From Thermoplasmata archaeon (GTDB lineage: Archaea > Thermoplasmatota > Thermoplasmata > Lutacidiplasmatales > UBA184): 64,000 nucleotides of DNA. Below are positions 46,952-56,634 of this stretch, in pieces. Below the pieces are notes generated by a model that had not been told where the DNA came from, ran no database searches, and worked only from the letters and a program-made list of their open reading frames with translations. Numbering within the stretch: position 1 is the stretch's first letter; every line of letters begins with the position of its first letter. The position numbers and the translations under genes were made by a program. The stretch is taken from the NCBI GenBank assembly GCA_021790425.1, contig JAJYEA010000001.1:19-64018 (forward strand), read 5' to 3'.

Positions 46952-49918
46952 GTGCACCTTTTGTGCCATGAGCGTGTGGGTGGGTTCGTGACCGAACCGG
47001 GCGGTGGTGCCGCCCATCTCCCGGGGTCCTTCCCCGTCGTGGACAGGGAGCCCGAGCGGGAGGCGCTGACGCAGGCGCTCCGCGCCGCTCAGGCACGGGA
47101 GGGCACCACGTGGGTGCTCGAGGGTCCGGGAGGGATCGGAAAGACCCGGCTGGCCTCGTGGCTCGCGGACGAGGCCGCCGGACAGGGGTTCGCGGTGGCG
47201 TGGGGCTACTCCCAGAAGGAGATCCTCTCTCCCTTCTTTCCCTTCCGTCAGATCTTCCGGACGTTGGACTCCGGCCCTCGTCGGGAGGGAGTGGGAGCCG
47301 GCCCCGGAGTCACCCTTTTCGAGTCCGCAAAGCCTGAGTTGTTCTGGCGCGAGGTCAGCTCCCTGGCCGCGTCGCACCCCACCTTGGTGATCACCCGGGA
47401 CCGGCCCGAGCTGGTCCATCAACGCTACCCGTCGCTCCCGGCGTCGACGACAATGCTCTGGCTCCGGAGAGGGGGGGAGGGAGAGGGGGTGATCTCGCCC
47501 ACCGACCTCGATGTCCTGGGGGAGAAGCTGTCCACGCACCTCACCCAGCCCGGGCACCCGGTCGTGGCCATCTCCGGGCTCGAGTACCTGGCGAGCCAGA
47601 ACTCCTTCCTGCCCGTTCTGAGGCTCGTGCAGTTCCTGCGCGATTCCGCCGACGAAGGGGAGGGGCTCGTGCTCGTCTCGCTCAACCCCCAGACGCTCGA
47701 GAAGAAGGAAGTGGCCCTGCTCGAAGGAGAGGGAAGCGTCGTGACGGAGCAGGAACGGGCCTCCGTCTCGGTGATCCCCGAGGGAGAGCCCCCGGCCACC
47801 GTCCTGGTGCGCTGCCTCGAGCGGCTCGAGCAGCTCTCGATGGCCTCGCCGACGCTGCTCATCCTCGACAACGTCCAGTGGGCGGACGGCAACAGCCTTC
47901 AGGCGCTCCAGTTCCTCAGCCGGAACATCCGGGATGCGCGGGTGGTGATCCTCGCCCTGCGGAAGTCCGACGACTCCGATAGCGAAGATGCCGCGAGGGC
48001 GCTGGAGATCATCGACCGGATGGAGGAGGAGGGCACGGCGCGACGGGTCCCGCTGGGAGGGCTCTCGATCGAGGCGTCCCGGACGCTCGCCGAGCACGTG
48101 GCCGGCGTCCGCCTGGTCTCGGCCGGGGCGAACGACCCCCTGGCCCGGCTGATGGAGCGCATGGGAGGGAACCCGTACTTCGTCCAGTCGACGGTGCAGA
48201 TGCTGGAGGATGAGGGGTGGATCATCCGCGACGGCAAGGAGGGACGCCTCGCCCTCCGCCCGGGGGAAGAGGAGTCGCTCCTCCCCGAGACGCTCCGCAA
48301 GGCGCTCCTGCGCCGCCTCAACGCCCTCTCCGATCGGGAGCGCCGGCTCCTGGAAGCGGCCGCGGTCTGCGGCACGGACTTCGACACGGCGCCGATCGCC
48401 TCCACGCTCAGCCTCGACCCGGAAGTGGTCGCCACGATCCTCTCCTCGATCGAGCAGCGGGGGAGGTTCATCGCGAGGGGGGGCGACTCGGGCTCGCAGT
48501 GGCGCTTCCGGGAGACCCTGGCCCGCGAGGTGATCCTCGCGGAGCTTCCCCCGCCCAGCCTGCGAACGCTCTCGACCTCGCTCGCGGCGTGGTGGGAACG
48601 CAACCGCCTCGAGGATGTGGACACGTTGGCCCGCCTCTACCATTCCGCCGGCGACGCCCAACGGGGCCTGCCGCTCCTGCGAAGGGCCATCCGCCTGGCG
48701 ATCCAGTCCCAGCTTGCCGAGAAGGTGGAGCGGTACCTGCGCTGGCTGGACACGATGCTGCCCGCCGGGACCACGCCTGACGAGCGCGCGCGCGAGGAGC
48801 TCGCGTTCATCGAGGAGTGCTACGTGGCGCTCGGGGCGAGCCCTCCCCTGCTCTCCGCGCTCGAGCGGCTGGCGAACAGCGCGGCCGGCACCTCGCTCGA
48901 CCTCGAGATCGTCGGCTGGCTCTGCCTGGTCCGTTCGGCGGTGCAACCGACGACCGTGGTGCGGGACCTCGATGAGATGGACCGGGTCTTCGAGGCCCAC
49001 CCCGGTGCGGCGAGCCCCCGGGCGGAGGCGCTCCGCCTGGACGTGAAGAGCCACGTGGCCCTGCACTCCGGCCAGTACGAGACGGCCTACGAGCTCGCTA
49101 AGGACCTGCTGGTGCTCTCCCGGGCCATCACCTCGCGCCGGCTCGAGGCCAACGCGCTCTACCGTCTCGGCTGGGTCGAGCACGCACGGGGCCACCACGA
49201 GGATGCCCTCACGCTGTTGCGGCAGCTCCGGGAGGTCATCGCGGCCGGCGAGCCTCCGGTCGAGATGCTCAAGGTCGCCAACCTGACCGGGGTCTTTGCC
49301 TGGGCTCGCGGCGACCTACCGGCCACCGTGGCCGCGTTCCGGGAGGCGGTGGACCTCGCGCGCAAGCACGGCCAGACGAACCGGCTGATCTCGAACATGC
49401 TCAACCTCGGCCAGGCGCTCGGGGAGATGGGACGCTGGTCCGAGGAGGAGGCGATGGCGCGGGAAGCCCTCGGGCTCGCACGCCGGTTCAACATGAGGGT
49501 CCCCGAGGCCCTTGCGGATCTCGGCCGGTCCCTCGTTCGGCAGGAGCGGTACGCCGAGGCCCTGCCCGTGCTCGGACAGGCCGACGAGCGGATCCGTTCC
49601 GAGGGGGCGCTCGACCTCGCCGCGGCGTGCCGCATCGAGACGGCCGAGGCCCACCTGGCCCTGGGCAACCTCGAGCAGGCCCGGAGCGATCTCTCCGAGG
49701 CGGAGCCGCACCTCGATACGCTGGTGGGGGAACGGGGGCGATTCTACATCCTGAAGGCGCGGCTTCTCGCCACCGGGGGGGATGTGGCCGGGGCCCGGAG
49801 CGTGCTCGAGGCAGGGTTGACGGACTTCCACTCGCGGGGGAACCAGCTCGAGGAGAGCAGGCTCCGCACCGAGCTCACCCGTTACTCCGACCGGAAGCCG
49901 GCGGGCCCAGGCAAGTGA
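46952..49918 (+). CDS. STAND (AAA_16-type) ATPase with nested DUF835-like domain and C-terminal TPR repeats
   Basis: VDRE.E, GPGGIGKTRL, LLILDNVQWAD, GGNPYF, AAAVCG..F, helical repeats; alternative start GTG 46988. Confidence 0.85.
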   Translation: MHLLCHERVGGFVTEPGGGAAHLPGSFPVVDREPEREALTQALRAAQAREGTTWVLEGPGGIGKTRLASWLADEAAGQGFAVAWGYSQKEILSPFFPFRQIFRTLDSGPRREGVGAGPGVTLFESAKPELFWREVSSLAASHPTLVITRDRPELVHQRYPSLPASTTMLWLRRGGEGEGVISPTDLDVLGEKLSTHLTQPGHPVVAISGLEYLASQNSFLPVLRLVQFLRDSADEGEGLVLVSLNPQTLEKKEVALLEGEGSVVTEQERASVSVIPEGEPPATVLVRCLERLEQLSMASPTLLILDNVQWADGNSLQALQFLSRNIRDARVVILALRKSDDSDSEDAARALEIIDRMEEEGTARRVPLGGLSIEASRTLAEHVAGVRLVSAGANDPLARLMERMGGNPYFVQSTVQMLEDEGWIIRDGKEGRLALRPGEEESLLPETLRKALLRRLNALSDRERRLLEAAAVCGTDFDTAPIASTLSLDPEVVATILSSIEQRGRFIARGGDSGSQWRFRETLAREVILAELPPPSLRTLSTSLAAWWERNRLEDVDTLARLYHSAGDAQRGLPLLRRAIRLAIQSQLAEKVERYLRWLDTMLPAGTTPDERAREELAFIEECYVALGASPPLLSALERLANSAAGTSLDLEIVGWLCLVRSAVQPTTVVRDLDEMDRVFEAHPGAASPRAEALRLDVKSHVALHSGQYETAYELAKDLLVLSRAITSRRLEANALYRLGWVEHARGHHEDALTLLRQLREVIAAGEPPVEMLKVANLTGVFAWARGDLPATVAAFREAVDLARKHGQTNRLISNMLNLGQALGEMGRWSEEEAMAREALGLARRFNMRVPEALADLGRSLVRQERYAEALPVLGQADERIRSEGALDLAAACRIETAEAHLALGNLEQARSDLSEAEPHLDTLVGERGRFYILKARLLATGGDVAGARSVLEAGLTDFHSRGNQLEESRLRTELTRYSDRKPAGPGK

Positions 49919-49970
49919 GCCCCACGCCGGGCGGTCCCGTGTGGGGTTGGGGAGCGGGAAAGCCGCAATG

Positions 49971-49978
49971 TTGAAATA
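49971..49978 (+). promoter_or_regulatory. TATA-like box for the 5S rRNA gene
   Basis: TTGAAATA about 25 nt upstream of the 5S 5' end, in a GC-rich context. Confidence 0.5.
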
Positions 49979-50001
49979 GTGGGACGTATGTTGCGGACCC
50001 C

Positions 50002-50122
50002 GCTGACGGCCAAAGCGGCGGGGAAACACCCGGTCTCATCTCGAACCCGGAAGTTAAGCCCGCTGGCGTTCCGCGTGGTACTGAAGTGCGCGAGCCTACG
50101 GGAAGCACGGAAAGCTGTCAGC
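50002..50122 (+). rRNA. rrf: 5S ribosomal RNA (unlinked)
   Basis: Terminal helix GCTGACGGC/GCTGTCAGC; conserved ACACCCGGTCTCATCTCGAACCCGGAAGTTAAGC and GTACTG..GCGAG...GGGAA; 121 nt. Confidence 0.96.
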
Positions 50123-50303
50123 ACCCTCTTCTTCCGGGGATCCCTATGGTCTTTTTCCCCTAGGTTCTCGGCGTGGGTGCCGACACCGAGTGGGCCGAGT
50201 TTCCTGACAGGACCCTCCGTGGTCTAACCCTTCATCTTCGATCGGCGAGCTTGCAACGGTCAGAGAACATCGCAATCTCCTAGGGATTGTCAGCGCCGGC
50301 CTG

Positions 50304-51275
50304 TTAGCAGGGATGGTACTGGAACGCCAAGGCCCCAGTCGCGGAGGAACCCGAGTACGAATAGACGTCCCAGACTCCCAAAGGCGGGAAGACATAGGTG
50401 AGGCTGGCGTTTCCGTAGGACACCAGGGTGGGATCAAAGTTCGGCACCTCGATCCAAGAGAGAGTCCCGTACGCGGTGACGTTGTGGTCTCCGACGGACA
50501 GGGACAGCGCGACAGGGACATGCACCTCCCCGGTCACGGACAGCGTCGTGTTGGTCGTGGCCGTGCAGGTATTGATGGCGGGACGGTTCGGGGCGTGGAG
50601 ACCGTTGTCGAACCACATCCTCGGGATCCCTGGGCTGTTGGGTATTCCCTCGGACCCGTAGTGACTTTCGTTGGCGTCGGTCGTGAGGTTCGGCAGGGAG
50701 ATCGTGATAGGGAGGAAGTATCCGGCCCCAATTGCTTGTGGGGCGGTCGAAGCGACGTAGGGCGAGGTACAGCCTCCATTGGGTTCCCCTGTGAACTGCG
50801 TTTCGTTCTGGGTGGCGTAGATCGTCCAATTCGACGCATCAAAGCCCCCCATGGGCAGACGGGAGTACGGGGGGTAGTTCGGCCCCAGGCTCGCAGACCC
50901 GCCGGTGTCCCACGGGCTCGAAGTCAACCGAAGGCTCCCCGAGTCGAACTCGAAGGTGCTGGTGCTCGTCCAGAACATGGCGCTGCCACCGTAGGGCTGG
51001 TTCATCAGGGCCAGGGGGATGAGGGTCCAACTATGGGCCACGGGCTTCCCGACAACACATTCCTCCCGCTCGTAGTACCACAGCCCAGCAGGGACGGTCA
51101 AGACGACCAGGGCCAGCACCGCTCCGGCCACCTTCCACCGGGAGATACGAGAACGCCGCGGTCTCCGGCCGGGAGAGGACTCCACCGGAGCAGGCTCGGG
51201 GTTGGACGTCGGAGACCGGTCGCCTCCCAACGACGTCCCGTCGCTTACCTCGACCCTCTTCTCCTCAGTGGCCAT
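50304..51275 (-). CDS. hypothetical membrane-anchored extracellular protein
   Basis: RRSR followed by a TM, then a Thr/Ser/Asn-rich beta domain with several Cys; TATA-like GATATAAGATATATC upstream. Confidence 0.7.
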   Translation of the reverse strand: MATEEKRVEVSDGTSLGGDRSPTSNPEPAPVESSPGRRPRRSRISRWKVAGAVLALVVLTVPAGLWYYEREECVVGKPVAHSWTLIPLALMNQPYGGSAMFWTSTSTFEFDSGSLRLTSSPWDTGGSASLGPNYPPYSRLPMGGFDASNWTIYATQNETQFTGEPNGGCTSPYVASTAPQAIGAGYFLPITISLPNLTTDANESHYGSEGIPNSPGIPRMWFDNGLHAPNRPAINTCTATTNTTLSVTGEVHVPVALSLSVGDHNVTAYGTLSWIEVPNFDPTLVSYGNASLTYVFPPLGVWDVYSYSGSSATGALAFQYHPC

Positions 51276-51421
51276 GGTTCGGATCAGGTGGAGGGTTGCA
51301 CGCTCCCCGAGATATAAGATATATCCTCTATTGGCGTTCGAAGAGAACGACGACCGTGCCTCGATCGACCTTGAGACGGCAGCGCCAAGGCGTCCGCCTG
51401 GTGGCGCGCCAGCAACCAGAG

Positions 51422-51757
51422 CTAACCCGAGGGAGCCAGACGGCCGTACCGCTGCTCGATCGCGCCGATAATGCGGGGGCCTATTCCTTTCGGGTTCGCC
51501 TGTGGGTCGAGCGGGCGACCATCGATGCCGCGGAACGTGAGCGTGCTCCCGCTCCCCGTTGAAACGACCGTGACCTCGATGATCTCCTTCTCCGAGAAGA
51601 AAGAGGGCTTGGACTCGAAGATGACCGCTCCCGGGATCGAGGGGGAGGGTGCCGCGGGGAACGGAAGGCCCGCGCCGGTGCGCAGGAACCCGTAGACGTC
51701 CCGGGCATCGCCCCGGCACGCCCAATAATGTGCCCATCGGGTCCCGCTGACCGTCAC
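51422..51757 (-). CDS. hypothetical protein
   Basis: 111-aa ORF, GTG start after GGAG. Confidence 0.5.
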   Translation of the reverse strand: MTVSGTRWAHYWACRGDARDVYGFLRTGAGLPFPAAPSPSIPGAVIFESKPSFFSEKEIIEVTVVSTGSGSTLTFRGIDGRPLDPQANPKGIGPRIIGAIEQRYGRLAPSG

Positions 51758-51935
51758 CGCCTGCTCCGCCCTTGCGGCATGGCACTTTTACCAAGATTCG
51801 GGTTAAGATGTACGCTCCCGCTACCGGATCTTGGAATCAATGGTGGGGGCGCCGGGGTCGGTGCCGGCCTCGAGGTTGCGCCACCCTCAACGTTTATCTA
51901 CCAAGGACCTATGGCCACGCCCAGGTGCGGACTCC

Positions 51936-52178
51936 ATGCGCAAGTTCCTGACCGAGTTGCGAGGCAAGACGGTGATGACCAACGACGGCCAGATCCTCGG
52001 GATGATCGACAACTTCGTCGTGGACACGACGAGCGGGAACATCGTCCACGTGCTGGTCACGCCGGCGGAGGACATCGAGGTCCGCCTCTTCCAGGCCGAC
52101 ACGTCCGGTCGCCTCGTCCTTCCGTTCAAGAGCATGCGGTCCGTCAAGGACGTCGTGGTCATGGAACTTGCCAAGTGA
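51936..52178 (+). CDS. PRC-barrel domain protein
   Basis: LRGKTVMTNDGQILG.IDNFVVD..SG.I, VKDVVV. Confidence 0.9.
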   Translation: MRKFLTELRGKTVMTNDGQILGMIDNFVVDTTSGNIVHVLVTPAEDIEVRLFQADTSGRLVLPFKSMRSVKDVVVMELAK

Positions 52179-53004
52179 ATTGGTAAGTCCCCCCCACCTC
52201 CTCTCGATCGTCATCACTGTCCGGAACGAAGAAGCCCACCTCGCCGCTCTCCTCGAGAGCCTCCTCAAGCAGGAGCCGCCCTTCGAGATCGTCCTCGTCG
52301 ACGCCCTCTCCACCGACCGTACCTTCGCGATCGCCGAGGAGTACGCCGCGAAGCACCCGGAGGTGTTGCGGCTCTTCCAGGCGGCCGGGAAGCGCGGCGC
52401 GGGACGCAACTACGGGGCGCGCCAGGCCCGCGGGGAGTGGCTCGTCTTCACCGATGGTGACTGTGTCGCGGACAGCCGATGGCTCCCGTCGCTGCGCGCC
52501 GGGATGGGCAGCGCCAGCGTGGTGGCCGGGAAGACCGTGACCATCGGGAATCCCTCGTACGTGAATCTCGAACGCGTGGAGCTCTATCAGCAGGACATGG
52601 ACGTGACGTACCCGTCCTGCAACCTCGCGTACCGGAAGGACCTGTTCGTCCGCCTCGGGGGGTTCGACGACCGGTTCGTGACCGCCGAGGACATCGACCT
52701 CAACCTCCGGGCCGTGCGCGCCGGGGCGACCCTGCGCTCGTGCCCCGAGGCGGTCGTCTACCATGCCACGCGCGCGAACCCGCTCCAGTTCTTCACCCAG
52801 GCCTTCTGGAACGGGTGGGGCCGCAAGCAGCTCACCGAGAAGCACGGGAGCCTGTGGTCCCGCTACCGCTACAAGCGCATGTTCATCGCCCAGCACACTC
52901 CAACCGCCTACGTGCGCATGGTGGCCGCGCTGACCGGCTACTTCATGCGCCTCGTCACCGCCTCGGGATCCCGGGAACGGATCCGACCCGATCGGTCGGA
53001 GTGA
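52168..53004 (+). CDS. glycosyltransferase family 2
   Basis: SIVITVRNE, VDALSTDRT, RNYGA, FTDGDC, GGFD, EDIDL. Confidence 0.92.
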   Translation: MPSELVSPPHLLSIVITVRNEEAHLAALLESLLKQEPPFEIVLVDALSTDRTFAIAEEYAAKHPEVLRLFQAAGKRGAGRNYGARQARGEWLVFTDGDCVADSRWLPSLRAGMGSASVVAGKTVTIGNPSYVNLERVELYQQDMDVTYPSCNLAYRKDLFVRLGGFDDRFVTAEDIDLNLRAVRAGATLRSCPEAVVYHATRANPLQFFTQAFWNGWGRKQLTEKHGSLWSRYRYKRMFIAQHTPTAYVRMVAALTGYFMRLVTASGSRERIRPDRSE

Positions 53005-53066
53005 ACTGTCGGCCCCGAAGCTACGAAAGGTTAATGTCAAATCCACCGAGTCACTCGCGGAACCCA

Positions 53067-53309
53067 ATGTCTCGACGGAACCTGCATATCTCCTCCTCAG
53101 GAGAGGTGTGTCTCTCGTGCGGCGCGTGCGTCGGAATCTGCCCGTTGGATGCGATCTACCTCGACGAGTGGCGCATCACCTTCGATGAGAAGACCTGCAC
53201 CCGCTGCCAGATCTGCCTCAAGGCCTGCCCGGTGGGCGCGATCACGATCGGGCCGGTGAGCTGTCACCACGGAGAGGGCCCCCAGCCCTTCTTCCCGGGG
53301 AGGGCCTGA
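53067..53309 (+). CDS. 2[4Fe-4S] ferredoxin
   Basis: CLSCGACVGICP and CTRCQICLKACP; immediately upstream of the geranylgeranyl reductase. Confidence 0.92.
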   Translation: MSRRNLHISSSGEVCLSCGACVGICPLDAIYLDEWRITFDEKTCTRCQICLKACPVGAITIGPVSCHHGEGPQPFFPGRA

Positions 53310-53311
53310 CG

Positions 53312-54505
53312 ATGCCGTCCAACATCTCGTGCGACGTGCTGATCGTCGGGGCCGGGCCCGCGGGCAGCATGACCGCGAAGTGGGCCGCGAAGAACGGCGC
53401 CCACGTCATCATGATCGAGAAGCGCCAGGAGATCGGCTCCCCGGTGCGGTGCGGGGAGGGGATCTCCAAGATGTGGCTTCCCAACGTCGGGATCACCCCG
53501 TCGGACCGCTGGATCAACGTGGAGGTGGAGGGGGCCCGCATTTATTCCCCTTCCGAGAAGGTCTTCGAGATCAACGAGCGGGACGCCGGGAACGAGGTGG
53601 GCTACGTCATCGAGCGGGACGCCTTCGACAAGGCGCTCGCGATCGATGCGGCGAACGCCGGCACCGAGATCCGCCTGAAGACCCACGCGGTGAACGTCCT
53701 GAAGGAGAACGGCAAGGTCGTCGGGGTCCGGGCGAAGAGCTTCGGAGAACAGTACGACATCCATGCCAAGGTCGTCATCGGCGCCGACGGGTTCGAGAGC
53801 CAGGTCGGACGGTGGGCGGGCATCTCGACGAACCTCCAGCTGAAGGACATGGACTCGTGCCTCCAGTACCGCATGACCAACGTCGATTCGGACGTCCGCT
53901 ACTGCGACTTCTATCTCGGCACCGTGGCCCCCGGGGGCTACGTCTGGGTCTTCCCCAAGGGAGATGGTGTCGCGAACGTCGGTATCGGGGTCCAGGTCTC
54001 CAAGTTGAAGAACCCCGCCGAGGTCAAGGGATATCTCGACCGCTGGATCGATCACCACCCCGGCTACGCCAAGGGCAAGAAGATCGACATGGTGGCGGGG
54101 GCCGTATCCATCTCGCCGCCCCTGAAGCAGACGGTGGCCGACGGCGTCATGCTCGTCGGGGACGCCGCCCGGATGATCGACCCGATCACGGGCGGAGGGA
54201 TCTCCACGGCCTGCCAGGCCGGCAAGATCGCCGGAGAGGTCGCCGCCAGGGCCGTCAAGGAGGGAAACTCGTCGGCCGCCCGGCTCATGGAGTACGACCG
54301 CGGGTGGCGCGTGCTCTTCGAGGAGAAGCAGTACCGCAACTGGCTGGCCAAGGAGAAGCTGGTCGACCTGCCCGACGATGTCTTCGACAAGGTCATCGAG
54401 GTGATCTCGGGCGTCAAGCTCGAGAAGCTGAATGTCCTGAACATCCTGAAGGCGGTCAAGCTGAAGTACCCGGAACTCACGCGGGAGTTCGAGAAGTTCC
54501 TGTAG
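53312..54505 (+). CDS. digeranylgeranylglycerophospholipid (geranylgeranyl) reductase
   Basis: VGAGPAGS, PVRCGEG, ADGFES, PGGYVWVFPKG, GDAARMIDPITGGGI. Confidence 0.94.
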   Translation: MPSNISCDVLIVGAGPAGSMTAKWAAKNGAHVIMIEKRQEIGSPVRCGEGISKMWLPNVGITPSDRWINVEVEGARIYSPSEKVFEINERDAGNEVGYVIERDAFDKALAIDAANAGTEIRLKTHAVNVLKENGKVVGVRAKSFGEQYDIHAKVVIGADGFESQVGRWAGISTNLQLKDMDSCLQYRMTNVDSDVRYCDFYLGTVAPGGYVWVFPKGDGVANVGIGVQVSKLKNPAEVKGYLDRWIDHHPGYAKGKKIDMVAGAVSISPPLKQTVADGVMLVGDAARMIDPITGGGISTACQAGKIAGEVAARAVKEGNSSAARLMEYDRGWRVLFEEKQYRNWLAKEKLVDLPDDVFDKVIEVISGVKLEKLNVLNILKAVKLKYPELTREFEKFL

Positions 54506-54509
54506 TCCC

Positions 54510-54788
54510 ATGACGGCCCGAAGGCTCCGGGCAACCCTGACGCGGGCGTGCGCCTCGGAGGATATGGCCGGTGCCTTGCTGCGTTCCCTCGCCCCGGACA
54601 ACGGGCGCTACGCGACCGCCACCGTCGAGGGGAAGGTCCTGACCCTCCACGTGGAGGCGGCCACCCCCGGCGAGCTCCGGCGGACCATGGACGACCTCCT
54701 TGCTTGCCTCAGCACGGCGGAGAAGGTCTGGGCTAAAGCATCCCCGATTCGAGACGATACCCGCAGCGCCCGCAGGCCCACGCCCTAG
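54510..54788 (+). CDS. pcc1: KEOPS complex subunit Pcc1
   Basis: SLAPDN, LRRTMDDLLACL. Confidence 0.8.
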   Translation: MTARRLRATLTRACASEDMAGALLRSLAPDNGRYATATVEGKVLTLHVEAATPGELRRTMDDLLACLSTAEKVWAKASPIRDDTRSARRPTP

Positions 54789-55554
54789 GCCGGCCGCCGG
54801 CACCTTCGTAGGACCAGAGCAGCACTCCCCGGCAGGTCGGACAGACCAGGGAGGTCCGCACCTTGAGCACGTTGTAGAGCCCGGCGAGCCCTTGCGGGAT
54901 GCTCCCGTCCATCACCCGGAGCGGAGGGTTCCCCGTGCGGGAGCTGTCGACCGGCCGCCCCTGGGAGGCCGACGGGGGGTGAGGGAGGCAGAACATCGTG
55001 AGCGAGTAGTCTCCCGGGAGCAGGGCCGTGGTGATGGTCTGCGTCACGTCGAAGGCCTCGTTCGGCGCAAGGTCGGGGGACTCCCCGACCAGACGCATGC
55101 TCTGGAGGTTCGGGTTGGTGAGCGAGAGGTAGTACGTGGTGGCGAGGGGCCCGTTCCCGGAGTTGTGGACCATGATCTCCATCTTGATGGGCTCGCCGGG
55201 AGGAAGCACGCTCAGGGGCACGAGCCGCGAGAACCGCAGGCCCTTCCCGGCCTCCACCCACATCTGCCGGTCGTAGTGGGGCTGCCGCTCCGCGTACTGG
55301 AAGACCGTGCGGACCGCGGGCACGGCCGAGGGCCGTCGTGGAGGCGGGGCCGCATCGGCGGCGGGGCGAGGAGATGGGGGCACTGGCGGAGAGGCGGACG
55401 GGGCGGGGGGCGCTTCCGGGGCCGGCCCGCCTCCCTGCCCGGCGAAAGGGGCGTAACCGCACTTCTGGCACGTCCATCCTGTTTCCGAGTGCTTGACCAT
55501 GCTGCCCTCCTTACACCGGGGACAAGGAGGGGCGAAAGAGCTTCCCGCCGACAT
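54733..55554 (-). CDS. hypothetical protein with two Zn ribbons and a central beta-sandwich-like domain
   Basis: CPRC..CQKCGY at the N-terminus, Pro/Ala linker, CPTC..CGRCGY at the C-terminus. Confidence 0.7.
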   Translation of the reverse strand: MSAGSSFAPPCPRCKEGSMVKHSETGWTCQKCGYAPFAGQGGGPAPEAPPAPSASPPVPPSPRPAADAAPPPRRPSAVPAVRTVFQYAERQPHYDRQMWVEAGKGLRFSRLVPLSVLPPGEPIKMEIMVHNSGNGPLATTYYLSLTNPNLQSMRLVGESPDLAPNEAFDVTQTITTALLPGDYSLTMFCLPHPPSASQGRPVDSSRTGNPPLRVMDGSIPQGLAGLYNVLKVRTSLVCPTCRGVLLWSYEGAGGRPRAWACGRCGYRLESGML

Positions 55555-55632
55555 GGATACCGACGCCCCCCTCACGACGGACACTAAAATAAGATGTCGC
55601 TGTGGGGGGCGCATGGCTTCCCGGGGGCCGTG

Positions 55633-56541
55633 ATGTGGCTCGGAGCCCATATCGGCATCTCCGGGGGCATCGAGAACTCCCCGGGCACCGCGCGGTCGAT
55701 CGGGGCCGACGTGATGCAGATATTCTCCAAGAACCAGCGTCAATGGCGGGTCCCGGAGATCCCTCCGGAGACGGCGCAGGCCTTCCGGTCGGCCGTGCAA
55801 CAGCACTCGATCCAGGTGGTCGCCATCCACGCCGCGTACCTGATCAACCTCGGAAGCTCGGAGGACCCCCTCCAGGGCAAGTCCCGCGCCGGCCTCGTGG
55901 ACGAGCTCCGACGTGCGGAGGTCTTGGGGGCACCCTACGTGATCCTTCATCCCGGGGCCCACAAGGGGGCGGGGATCGACCAGGGGCTGTCGACGATCGC
56001 CGAGGGCGCACGGTTCGCCCTGGACGCGACGGAGGGCTCGCCGGTCCGCCTCCTCCTCGAGAACGCGGCGGGGGCCGGTTCCACGATGGGTCAGTCGTTC
56101 GAAGAGCTCGCCCGGCTCTACCAGTTGATTGACCGACCCGATCGGATCGGGTGCTGCGTGGACACCTGCCATGCGTTCGTCTCCGGGATGGACTTCCGGA
56201 CCGAGGCGGGGTACGAATCGTTCATCGGGCGGATCGAGTCCACGATCGGGCTCTCGACGGTCCGGTGCTTCCACCTGAACGACGCGCAGTTCGAACTGGG
56301 CAGCCACCGCGACCGCCATGCAAACATCGGCGCGGGCCACATCGGGAAGGAAGGGTTCCGGTGGCTCATGAACGACCCCCGCATGGCCCACGCCGCGGGG
56401 ATCCTCGAGACCCCCATTTCAGAGGACCCGGACCACCCCTACGCCGCCTACGAGACCGACCTCGAGACCCTCCGCTCGCTGGTCCGTCCGCCCGGCGGAG
56501 GCGCCCCCCGCGCCCGACCGGACAGCACCCATCGGCGCTGA
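55633..56541 (+). CDS. nfo: endonuclease IV (AP endonuclease 2)
   Basis: GAHIG, HAAYLINL, HPG, LENAAG, DTCHAF, HLND, DRHANIG, LETP. Confidence 0.95.
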   Translation: MWLGAHIGISGGIENSPGTARSIGADVMQIFSKNQRQWRVPEIPPETAQAFRSAVQQHSIQVVAIHAAYLINLGSSEDPLQGKSRAGLVDELRRAEVLGAPYVILHPGAHKGAGIDQGLSTIAEGARFALDATEGSPVRLLLENAAGAGSTMGQSFEELARLYQLIDRPDRIGCCVDTCHAFVSGMDFRTEAGYESFIGRIESTIGLSTVRCFHLNDAQFELGSHRDRHANIGAGHIGKEGFRWLMNDPRMAHAAGILETPISEDPDHPYAAYETDLETLRSLVRPPGGGAPRARPDSTHRR

Positions 56542-56634
56542 TCGGTCCCCCTCCATCGGCGTGAAGAGGGCCGCGGGTAGAAGACCTTAAAGTTCCCTCG
56601 CCCTTCCCCCGCGCACGGTAGGGGGAAAGGTAAG

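Noticed and set aside
46490-49198. 902-aa antisense ORF and many similar long overlapping ORFs (e.g. 6803-8938, 34155-36278, 4083-5798)
   Set aside because: Stop-poor shadow frames of recognisable genes in high-GC DNA, with no protein motifs
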